Assembly: GCF_028641065.1 (NCBI RefSeq) | Contig: NC_073393.1 | Span: 12,028,001-12,092,000, forward strand | Reading direction: 5' to 3' | DNA: 64,000 nucleotides | Origin: Leucoraja erinacea | Taxonomy: Eukaryota | Shown here: positions 52,932 to 64,000 of the stretch, piece after piece | Layout: each line of letters begins with the position of its first letter | Position numbering within the stretch: position 1 is the first letter of the stretch | The notes under the pieces: model-generated | The model's input: only the letters and a program-made list of their open reading frames with translations | The model's database searches: none | What the model was told of the DNA's origin: nothing | Translations under genes and position numbers: made by a program

Positions 52932-55289
52932 CACTGAGAAGCGAGGAAACTCACCCAGTACAATGTTTTAATATCGTCACTCATTTAATACCTGTACATG
53001 CTGGTTTATGGGCATTTTTTTTCAAAGCAAGGAAAAAATGTAATGGTTGTCTGATATCTATGGAACTTCCGATGGTCTTGGCATTTTGTAATTAATTGTC
53101 AAAATAAAACCCTCCAAAAGTCCCCAAAAAAATCCAATATGATTTGCTTGATGTGGGGAAGTAGTAGTATGTCCTAATCTCTCTGTTTTTTCCCTATGTT
53201 TCTCTACCGTTGGAATTGGTCTCATCTGTAATTTTGTTTATTTTTATGACTTAAAATCTTCCAAGAATAGTTTTATTTTGTTAATACTTTTAAAAGAAAT
53301 GTGTTAAAAAAAAAAGGGGTGGGGGGTCTTTAGCAAGATACTGCGTTAACAGACAGTTAACTCTGGCTGGTGGACAGCGTTCTGGGCAGGGATGCTGTAT
53401 TGGAACGATGCTCTCTAACAAGCAGCCAATGCTTGGGCATGCCCGAGCACCAGCCCTGAGTTCTGCATTAAGATCCAACAGGATAATTTCTTACCCTGAC
53501 CTGGACTGGAGTACCTCGGCGGATCAGGCAACATCTCAGGAGAACATGGATAGGTGAACTTTCGAGCCCGGACCCTTCTTCAAACTGTGTCTACACCCAT
53601 CCCTCTGTTTTATAAACGTGGATAAACCCCAAATGCCAAGTAAATCCATTTATAACCCACAGTTCGGTCATCGACAGGCGAATCGACTCCTCTTTTTGTT
53701 CCCGATGGAAGGTACGAAAATAATAGTTAACGAAGAAAAGAGATAGAAGGACGTGACATCAAATCGATGAGCGTTTGTTTACCTTTGTTTCGATCGAAAC
53801 CGCGATTAGGTGAAAAGTATATTTCCAGAAAAAGTAGCGACTGTTGGAGAGCAAGCGCCATTCGCCGTGCAGCATGAGATTATTTTCGACCAGGTTGTTC
53901 CCGAGTGTGTGAAAACTACACTTGTCCCTCTCATTTTTGTCTGCACCCATCACCACGCTCTCGCCTTTAAATGAGACTTCATCCGCCCCGCTTCTAAGCT
54001 TAGCATTGCCATAACATCAAACCCCAAAATAAAATTATTTGCACAGGAAAGAAATAAAGAAATGACTGAAAACCCCCCACAACGCACCCTGATAAAACGG
54101 AAAGCAATTACTGCACCACTAAGAAGTTTGCATGCAGCCCCCGTGATGGTATGAGATGGGAGTAACGTTGATATTCTGGAACAACTGTTGGAAACAATCA
54201 AAGTCATCTGGATCATGGAACATTAGTGTTATGTGCTCGGCTCCAATATATCAGATAACAACGAGCGTACAAAATAGGGACCTGGTTTCTTGCTACACTC
54301 CAGTGCGGTTATCAGGAAGGACAACCGGCCTTTATGGTCAAGTTAAGACATAATATTTTTAACAACTTTCAACATAAAGGATATAAAAAGTGTGATGCTA
54401 GAAACGTGGCGACTCTTGTGTACTGCCTCAGTGTAATCTACTATTCTCATACTTCCCGTACTTAAGCACTTGCTTATAGTACAGTGAGATCTTTACAGAA
54501 TTGTGTGCAGGAAATTTCACTGTACCTAGTAACAATAAAGTACCATTGAACACAACTCATTCAACAGGAAAAAAAGAGGATTAATGGGTAACAGTGTAAA
54601 CTACTGACATAGGCTACAACTATTTTATTTATTGTATAACTATTACAAGAATGGGCAGTGCATCAATAAGATTTAAAGAATGGCGATCGCCGTTCCTTGT
54701 TTGAATCAATGTAGAACTAGCCACCTTATGGGGGATAGCCCTGAGGAAGTGCATAAAACCTTACTGAACAAAATGAGATACAGTACCATGTAGTTGAGTG
54801 TGCTGTTGACAGCCACCACTTATTACCCAGAATAACTGATATAAATATCACCAGCAACCGCCTGCCAGGGAAAAAATAGCAAAGATAAAACTGCTTATGG
54901 TGATAACTCTGTGGGCAGCCAGAGTGGAGATGATTGGGAAATTCTCCTGCAAATCAAGCATGTTGCTCATGCAGCTAGAAATAATTTTATGCAAACGCCA
55001 AATTTGTAACTTATCTCCCTACATTTTTCTGCTGAATTTACCCCATTTTTATTAGAAAGTGCTGATGTAGTTTATTTTATGTTCATATGTTCTGATTTTC
55101 AGTATGAATTAACGTTGCTATACATAAGGATGCTGATTCACACTGTCCCATCTTCAAATTCCTTGGCTGCACAAGACGTCAACAAACTAAAGGAACAGAA
55201 TTAAATGCTGCCATTTATTTGACACCTTTCAGGTCCAAAATTGCACAAAGCAAAACCACACGAAAAGCTATGAGATATATGGTGAGATG

Positions 55290-55515
55290 TTCTTAATTAG
55301 TGATGTTGAGATAAGTATTAACCAAAGTACTTCATCTACTCACCTTCAAAATAATGCTGTGATATCATGTACATCGATCTGAGAGGGATTCTGTTTTAAA
55401 GTGATCCAAAAGATGGTTCTTATGATTCTCTTGCACTCTCCTGCTACTGCATTGAAGAATCCGTTTAGCTTTTGTGCACCGGTTGCTTGAGTTGGACTTG
55501 AACCCCAAACTCTGT
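55290..55515 (-). mobile_element. Old Deu-domain SINE-like (SacSINE1-like) remnant
   Basis: Minus strand has a B-box-like GGTTCAAGTCC and a core resembling recalled DeuSINE sequence; related plus-strand remnant ~57700-57910. Confidence 0.5.
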
Positions 55516-58500
55516 CGGTGCATCATCAAATCATGGTGAGTACCTTAATAAAATACGTCAATTTTTTGTTCACATGTGTGCTGACCACAGCACCAACAAC
55601 TTGCATATGTGTTTTTCCAAATATAGTAAGACCTCGCAGGAGCCTGCACATGGACTTTGTGAGATTGTCTGTAAAGGTAGGGATACGGAGAAAGATTTTA
55701 AACATGATTACAAAGTAAAAAATTGGGTAAGGAATACCAGAAGGCAGGAGCATAATGGCAGAGAGAGCTGCGGAACCAAATTCCATTCAAGTTGAGATGG
55801 AATCCACCTTAAAAATGTAGATGGTAGGAGGAGAACCTCATCAAGATCCGTTGCTGGAAGGCTATGGAGGGGGAGTCACAAGGAATTAATGAGGTAAAGC
55901 TGGATGGCATGGACAAATCTGGAAACTACAGTATGTTTGCAAAATGTCACAACAGTGATGACAGTAAAAATAATGTGGCTATTGCTTCATATGCGAGTGT
56001 CGTCTTCCTAAATAATTCCAGTCTAGTTTATTAAATTGACATTAAGAAGATGGGTCTGTTCTCTTTTGAATACTACCATTTACTAAGTAACTTGGAAATA
56101 TGGTCAAAGCCGACTGTTTGATAATTTTGAAATTCAGTTTGCCAGGTCTTTTCTTCTTCATTTTCGTTCTGGATTTACTTCCGATGGCTTTACTTTTCCC
56201 TCCCTAGCTCAGGTGTTCTGTTGCAACTGAATCGGTCTTGCTGCAATTTTGTCTGAGGTGGCTAACTCAGTGCAGCTAGCAAATTTTATTCATACGGTGT
56301 TTTGGACCAAATATTTGATGTGCCATAGAGAGTCCACATGCTGGAAACGTATCCTGTGGTGAAACCCCTCCTAATACTTTTTTTTCCTTTGGAGTTCCAG
56401 TAAACTTTATGTTACATGAATAAAGTACATTAAGGATGGATTATATTGCTGTCCATAAACTTAGGAGGGAATAGAGCAGTCACAATCGCTCGACCAATAG
56501 TTTTCAAAGATGGAGGTTGGCTACAATAACTTTAAAATCAGAGCAATGGGTGAAATGATAATGAATTATTGTTTGGAGTTATGGCAAGGGAATGGTACCC
56601 AGATAGAACAGACCGCTCTGAAATGTCACTCAGCAAAATATATTTTGGAGCCACTGGCTTTTATATTTAGTTCATGTAGATGTCACTGAGTTGGTGATTC
56701 TGATATATTTTTAGATTTGACTTTGTGCCAGCTGAATCAATTGGACATAGATGTTTGGTTATGTTATAGTGTTGTACGTGGCAACAACCATCACAGAAAG
56801 ATTAAAGATCCCATCTCCTCAGCAGATCTTTACCGATATCCAGAAATGTGATCTTGCTGGATAATGAGCCTATGATTGCAATGTGAAAAGAATTTGATCT
56901 GGAGGAATGAAAAATATCTTTGCCTTATTTCTTTTAACATTGGGAGGGTGTTAAACAGCAGCTACGAAACGGACTTGCCAAAGTGAGAAATTGATCCATT
57001 GCCAAAGAGGCTCTGCTGCATGAGCTTGGAGCATACTTTGTAATGGACAGAACTGAATGTGTGCTCTTTCCTCACATTTACAGGCAGACATTAAACACGC
57101 AGCCTGAGGTCCAAGATGAACCAGATGCAGACACTTTTAACCTCGCGCTTCACCACTGGTTCCACCACGGGAGTAATGGAAGAGACTGATTTGCTGAGAG
57201 ACATTTTTTATTATTTTTGCCTCTTGCTCTTACAGGGGCGGCTGACTTTGAACTCATACAGTCTAGCTTTTAACCATCTCCCATTTAACCAAGGAACTGA
57301 ACGGGTCAGGGGGGAGGAAAAGAGGGGGGATCAAATATAAATGAGGGACACGGATGGAAGATCAGATGTTGTTTTCCCCTCTAGAAGCTGCTCCCCAACT
57401 ACTTCCGCCAAATCTTGCCTTACACTATCAAAATTTGTCTTTCCTTAGTTTAGGGATCTAACTTGAGTACTAACTTCATATTTTTCTACCTTCAAGAGGT
57501 CCATCATATAAATGTGATTTATTTTCTACCCCCTGAGGAGGTGACTAATTTGAATTTTCTAAAACTTCTTGCTTTACAGATGGGTGGAAAGGTTTAGAGG
57601 GATATGGGCCAAACATGGGCAAGTGTGTCTAGTGTAGATGAGGCATCTTGGTTGGCATGGAGAAGTTGGGTGCAGTTGCAGGTGCAGTCACAGGACAAGA
57701 TACTAAACTGAGGCCTTGTCAGCTCTCCCAAATAATTGTAAAATATCACATGCAATAATATTGAAGAAGAGTAGGGAAGTTTACTCTGTGAACCTGACCA
57801 ACTTTTAACCTTCAGTCAATGTTAAAAACAGGCTACCTTGTCAGTACTATATGTTGATTCTGGGAGATTACCAATCAAACTGCCGCATTGCAACAATGAC
57901 TACATTTCATTGTCAAGAATTCTTTTTGACTATTATATTTAAACTATGCTTTAAAATGATTTCTAAAAGTGAATAGAAAGACACAATGTTATTGCAGAAT
58001 TTCATTGTTTATTTTCATTCCATAATTGCAGGTTATGTTAAATCCTGGGTGGAACAAAAACAGTGAGAAATCTATAACAGACTGCAAAAAGGAGAAAATT
58101 CCTCCCTAATTCCCTCAGATAATCTAACAAGGTCCAGGAATCAGGGGGGTACCATGAGGCATTATTAGACATTCTCAACTATTTGCCCCTACCCTGTTTG
58201 TCGCAATCACTGCAGGATCAAGAGCAGCTGGGAATATTTCTGTCCTTCAGGCTAATCTCAGCGCTCCTGGAATACATACTTTGCATTATTTTCATATCTT
58301 GCAATAACCCTGTCTGCCAAAAAGGGTATCTAATAACCTTGTGAAACGTATAATATTGCCTGCCCCATTGCTGCATTGAGTAGTTTAAAACTGTTTGTCT
58401 TTTTAATGCTTTAATCTGTAGCCCTTTGAATGAGAGCTCCTGTTAATATTAAGCACTGCCAAGGGATCAAGCTTTTTTTCATTCATTTTAAGCTGTTAAA

Positions 58501-58809
58501 TATCCCAACTATAACCTGCAAATAAAATATCCTTTAAATCTGTAATTGTCTCCCCAAGCCGGGGTACTAATTTTCAGTAATTAACTTAATTACTTGTCTT
58601 TGTATTTACTCCAAGATCTGGATATCCCTTTGCAGTACAATTCCGGGAGTGTAATCAGTGCAAGAGCCATAATTCGTGAAAATTAATTATTACTTTTGGT
58701 TACTTTAGTTCCATCTCTCAGAATACGAGTCCTTTGATTGATTTCTCTGGAATGTCAGAGTTGTCCTGATATAAGTAGATAATATTATAAGAGGCAGAAA
58801 TAGGGTACA

Positions 58810-59125
58810 CAGTCAGAACCTTTTTCCAAGGTTGGAAATATCAAATACTAGAGGGCATGGCTTTAAGGTGAGAAGGGCAAAGTTTAAAGGAGATGTGCGG
58901 GGCAAGTTTTTTTTGTGTTTTTTTTTTACACATTGGGTGATTAGCCCTGGAGCCTGCCACTGGGGATGGTTGTGGAGAGAATTTTGAATAGGCACGTGGA
59001 TATGCAGAGAATGGAGAGATATGGATCATGTCCAGTCAGGTAAGAGTTGGTCTTGGCATCATGTTTAATACTAATGTTGTGGGCTGAAGGGACAGTTCTT
59101 GTGCTGAACTATTCTATGCTCTATA
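58810..59125 (+). mobile_element. CR1 3' tail remnant
   Basis: TRGH.FKVRRAKFKGDVRGKFF motif and tail. Confidence 0.75.
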
Positions 59126-59879
59126 TGTCTTGCCAAAACTGAACTCCTTGTAAAATCCCACAACGAGTTTCACATCTCTGTTGAAGGTCCATGCAGGGGA
59201 CATTCTACATGTAGTCAAGTCTCACTGTCTGGCTTGACTGAATAAATGCTTTGACTGGACATCGTATGTTTATTTTGCATAATTTTTCATTTATTCTAAA
59301 GCTTTCAATTTTCTAATGGTGTGTGTGTGTGTGTGTGTGTGTATTGAACTACTAATTGCTATTAAGGGATGAATGAATATATAAATATATTCACTCATTC
59401 ATTAGTAGAGTTGAAACTTTCAGCTAAATCTTTGCCTCTTCTTGCAATTTTTAATGGATGCTTCTGTATTTGTGCTCTTATTCTGCACAGTACCCCTGAA
59501 TTATTCCATGCTCCTGTTGGGATTTAAATCACACAATAAGATATATGTATTTATTTGCCGATTTCCAATGTATTTCAACCTTGGTCCAGAATTTTCTTGA
59601 AAAATACTGCATGTTCAATGGACTATATTCCCCCTGTGGCAGTAACTCCAATGAGGAAGTGAGAGCCTATAAATCATCACGTAAGGCTGATGATTAATGT
59701 TGCTACACCACATACCTAAAAAAAACACCATCGGTCATTCAAAATTTCAAGAATTTCTGCATTAGGCACAGTTAAAACCACATGACCTTGAAATTCTTCA
59801 GCATGATTGAAAGGACTTCAGTTTTGGGTCTAAGGCACAATGTGTTGTTATGATCTGGGAAGGTGGTGGAATTAGTGTC

Positions 59880-60200
59880 ATAGAGTCATACTGCATGGAA
59901 ACAGACACTTTGGCCCAACTTATCCATGCCAACCAAAATGCCCCATCTGGCTCATCACATTTGCGCACGTTTGGCCGATATCCCCCGAACCCTTTCCTAT
60001 CCATGTAACTCTCCAACTTCTGTTAACACATCTGCCTTAACTACCTCCTCAGGCAGCTCATTCCATTTATCCACTTAAAAAGTGAAAAAGTTGACCCTTA
60101 GATTTCTATTAAATCTTTCCCCTCTCACATTAAACCTATGTCCTCTGGTTTTTGATTCCCCTATCCTGGGTAAAAGACTCTGTACATTCACCCTACTTGT
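59880..60200 (-). mobile_element. CR1 3' tail remnant
   Basis: Homologous to 12692-13010. Confidence 0.75.
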
Positions 60201-60802
60201 CTTGTGTCTTCCTCGTACTCAACTGTGCATTATTTGGTTATTCCATTATTGTACTTGATAACTATTTTGCAGTACTCAGATTCTACACTATGAAATTGCA
60301 CTATTCTGTTGCACTTATTTTATTTATGTTGTATTTATCACTCCTATATGTATTCTGTGTACTCTGTGGGCATCACGTGAACAAGGAATTTCATTGCATC
60401 CTGGTGTATAATTACGATAAAATAATCCAATACTTATGAAAAATGAAAGGCAAGAAATATTAAACTATAATCACAAAAGTAAAAATGCATTTTCAGAAAA
60501 ATAGTTCAATGGTCCTTTATTGTCACATGTACCATTTAAGGTACAGTGAAATTTGATTTACCATACAGTCATACCAGAAAAAAAAGCAACAAGATAAACA
60601 ACTACATAAAAGTTACCATAAACATCCACCACAGCAGATCCCACACATTCCTCACAGTGATGGAAGGTAATAAAGTCTTATCTTCATTTATCCCACCAAT
60701 GTCTCTGCTTCAATTCAAATTCCCGAAACAAGCATCCTTCAAAATATATCTGCATTCTTCCTTTTACAGTTCTGAATAACATAATTATATAAACATATAA
60801 AC

Positions 60803-62230
60803 ACCTGCTTTAAAAGGGCATTAATTATACCGGTGCCCAAGAAGAGTAAGGTGACGTGCCTCAATGACTATCGATCAGTGGCACTAACGCCGGTGGTGAT
60901 GAAGTGCTTTGAGAGGTTGATCATGGAGCAAATCAACTCCTACCTCGACAAAAACCTGGACCCACTGCAGTTCGCGTACCGCCACAACAGATCAACGGTG
61001 GATGCGATCTCGCTGGCCCTCCACTCCGCACTGGACCACTTGGACAACAAAAACTCATATGTCAGGCTGTTATTCATTGATTACAGCTCGGCATTTAACA
61101 CAATCATCCCCTCCAAACTGGTTACCAAACTCGCAGAACTGGGTCTCTGCGCATCCCTCTGCAACTGGATCCTCGACTTCCTCGTCCACAGACCACAGTC
61201 TGTTCATATTGGTGGAAATGTGTCAGCCTCGATAACAATCAGCACGGGAGCACCTCAAGGCTGCGTGCTCAGCCCCCTGCTGTACTCACTCTATACCCAT
61301 GACTGCGTAGCGAATCACAGTGCGAACTCCATCATCAAGTTTGCTGACGACACCACTATTGTGGGGCGTATCACTGATGGGGATGAGTCAGAGTACAGAA
61401 GAGAGATCGAGCAACTGTCCATATGGTGCCAGCGCAATAACCTGGCCCTCAACACCAGCAAAACCAAGGAACTGATTGTGGACTTTGGAAGGAGTAGGAG
61501 GGGGACCCACAGCCCCATTTATATCAACGGGTCGATGGTTGAAAGGGTCAAGAACTTCAAATTCCTGGGCGTGCACATCTCTGAAGATCTTTCCTGGTCC
61601 GAGAACACTAACGCAATTATCAAAAATGCTCATCAGCGCCTCTACTTCCTGAGAAGATTACGGAGAGTCGGATTGTCAAGGAAGACTCTCTCTAACTTCT
61701 ACAGGTGCACAGTCGAGAGCATGCTGACCGGTTGCATCGTGGCTTGGTTCGGCAATTTGAGCGCCCTGGAGAGGAAAAGACTACAAAAAGTAGTAAACAC
61801 TGCCCAGTCCATCATCGGCTCTGACCTTCCTTCCATCGAGGGGGTTTATCGCAGTCGCTGCCTCAAAAAGGCTGGCAGTATCATCAAAGACCCACACCAT
61901 CCTGGCCACACACTCATCTCCCTGCTACCTTCAGGTAGAAGGTACAGGAGCCTGAAGACTGCAACAACCAGATTCAGGAATAGCTACTTCCCCTCAGCCA
62001 TCAGGCTATTAAACCTGGCTCGGACAAAACTCTGATAATTAATAACCACTTTCTGTTATTTGCACTTTACCAGTTTATTTATTCATGTGTGTATATATTT
62101 ATATCATGATATATGGACACGTTTATCGGTTTTGTAGTAAATGTCTACTAATTTTTCTGTGTGCTTAAGCAAAGCAAGAATTTCATTGTCCAAAACAGGG
62201 ACACATGACAATAAACTCACTTGAACTTGA
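60803..62230 (+). mobile_element. Rex1/Babar-clade LINE, 5'-truncated, with an uninterrupted RT ORF (to 62035) and complete 3'UTR/tail
   Basis: [47 protein letters not shown] motifs without stops. The frame extends upstream ([14 protein letters not shown]). Tail ATTTCATTGTCC..GGGACACATGACAATAAA(CTTGAA)n. Confidence 0.95.
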
Positions 62231-62520
62231 TAATTGGCAACATTGAAACGGTTCAACCAAAGAGGAATTGGAGATCACCTTCAACATCTCACATTTTTAG
62301 CATTCATTTTTTTCATTCGCCACTCCTGGTTTTCCTTCATTTTTCACAACTTGCATCAATTCCAGAGATATGTTTTTTTATTTACTAGCCATCACCATCC
62401 ACATGTAGCTAACACCACCACCACCACCACCTGTATACATTGCTCTATCATGGTCTTTTAATTTGTTATTTTTGCCTCTTTTCCTTTTAACTTAAAACGT
62501 GTTTTATTTGTACTTTTCTC

Positions 62521-62640
62521 CAGTTCTGATGAAAGTTATTTACCTGAAACGTTACCACAGTTTCTCGCGCCACAGATGCTGTATGACCTGCTGAGCAGCA
62601 CTCTAGCATTTTCTATTTCATATTACCAGCAGTATTTTCC
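62521..62640 (+). ncRNA. Hammerhead-like motif of a second, older Penelope terminal-repeat subfamily
   Basis: CAGUU CUGAUGA A AGUUAUUUACCU GAAAC GUU A, followed by the usual CACAGATGCTG..TGACCTGCTGAG segment. Confidence 0.6.
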
Positions 62641-62899
62641 TCTTAAGAAAAAAACACTCTTACCTTTGTCTCTTGCCTCACCTTTGACTTGCCATCCCTC
62701 CACCTCTCCAAGATACCTGTGCCCCATCATTGGCAGCCCTGACTTCAAGGGCCAAAATCTTTAAAGATACTCCCTCATCTGGCTTTAGTTATTCGTAATA
62801 ATATCTGCCTTAGAGACTGGATGTCAACTTTGTTTGATGACAGCTTACTACCTTGATGGTGCTGCTACATAAACACACGTTGTTGTTATTGACTGACGT

Positions 62900-63830
62900 T
62901 GCTCCAGATTGCGTCTGCCCGCCCTCCCGCAGCAGCAGTAGCTGCAGCTCCTCCCGGAACCTTCGCAAGGGGCATCAGCAGCGGAGGGAAGGAGTTGTGG
63001 AAGCGACGTGGAAGCGGTGCCAGACAGGTGAGGGTCCGGAGTGTCTCCCTGCGGCCTGGGGGCGTTCGGATGCTGGACGGAGCCTAACTTTCGGCCCCTT
63101 CCTTTGGGCTCGGGCCTTCCTTCTTGGCATGTCAGCTGGGCCCGAGCTCAGGCCGGCCCCATTGTCCGGGTTACTTGCGGCGGGGATGCTCCTGGTCCCG
63201 ATGCCGGCTCCTGAGCTCGGTGTGAGGTCGAGTTGTTGAGCTGGCGCAGTTCTGCCCCCGCAACCCATCCCCGGCTTCAATGTTCGCCCACCCGCTGTGA
63301 AATCCAGGTGAGGGGAGGTCATGTCAGGCCAGGCCAGGCGAAGAAGGTCAATGTGTCTCACACCCACCAAAGGATGGGCCTCGCGTCCTTGCCAACAGTA
63401 TCGATGGGCTGAACTCTCGTGTCAATCCCATGTCAATGTCTTCCCGCAGCATCCCGCAATCCAGCAGCTACACCAGGTCTTAGTATATTATGTAGTAGGA
63501 TACTGGAGACAACCCAGTTCTTGTTTTAACGGAGGGAGTCTAAGCAAGGTGATGTAATTTTAAACGGAGCTTGATCATTCGAGTGTGTATTGGGAAACAC
63601 TTGCACTCAAACGTAGATCATTTAAAAGTGAAATCCATAGACTCTCGAGGTAATAAAGGCACTGAAAGTTCTGCACCCAAGATAGGTGGATAGAATTGTT
63701 AGATCACCCATGATTGCATTGCATGGTGTAACGGACTTGGCTGGCCTGTTTGTATATTCCTGGGGCCGTGTGATCTTTTGTATCCACGTTGAAGAGATTA
63801 GCAACACCCATTACTGTAGTGGATATGGCT
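62900..63830 (-). mobile_element. Possible highly degraded Gypsy-like pol remnant, or an unclassified repeat
   Basis: Only weak resemblance to RNase H/integrase-region peptides; not secure. Confidence 0.25.
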
Positions 63831-63839
63831 TCAAATATT

Positions 63840-64000
63840 CAAATCACAGCACCGGAAATTGGAGGAACAGCACCTCATATTCCGCTTGGGGAGTCTGCAT
63901 CCTGGGGGCATAAACATCGAATTCTCCCAATTTTGTTAGTCCTTGCTATCTCCTCCCCTTCCTCAGTCCCCCTGCTGTCTCCTCCCATCCCCAGCCTTCG
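63840..64000 (+). mobile_element. Penelope GIY-YIG C-terminal fragment + pyrimidine-rich UTR (runs off the window)
   Basis: HRKLEEQHLIFRLGSLHPG..NIEFS translation. Confidence 0.8.

Overview
Eukaryotic vertebrate genomic DNA. The repeat landscape (HE1/V-SINE-like and Deu-SINE-like SINEs, CR1/HER1, Rex1/Babar, Penelope) suggests a cartilaginous fish, probably a skate or ray; this is inference. Two spliced minus-strand genes can be reconstructed. RSPRY1 is complete: 14 coding exons, 44940->12201, 1779 nt, 592 aa, one GC-AG intron. ARL2BP follows in tandem: a putative non-coding first exon near 8913-8990 and coding exons 1-4, with the rest beyond the left edge. This is the same gene order as in human. 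Introns and the upstream 19 kb are filled with mobile elements: a fold-back Tigger/pogo-type MITE, a broken Buster-type hAT transposase, a Tc1 with a nested CR1, a non-autonomous Helitron and a young Rex1/Babar RT ORF. The most notable signal is a dispersed family of Penelope-derived termini carrying minimal hammerhead-ribozyme motifs (CUGAnGA-A-stemII-GAAAC-GUH). These sit downstream of a GIY-YIG remnant or as short inverted pairs, and every copy here is partly decayed. Gene-level candidates are a second in-frame MGNSCxC start in RSPRY1 (myristoylation-type) and a spliced uORF ending 2 nt before the ARL2BP start. Most ORFs in the supplied track are spurious or repeat-derived.
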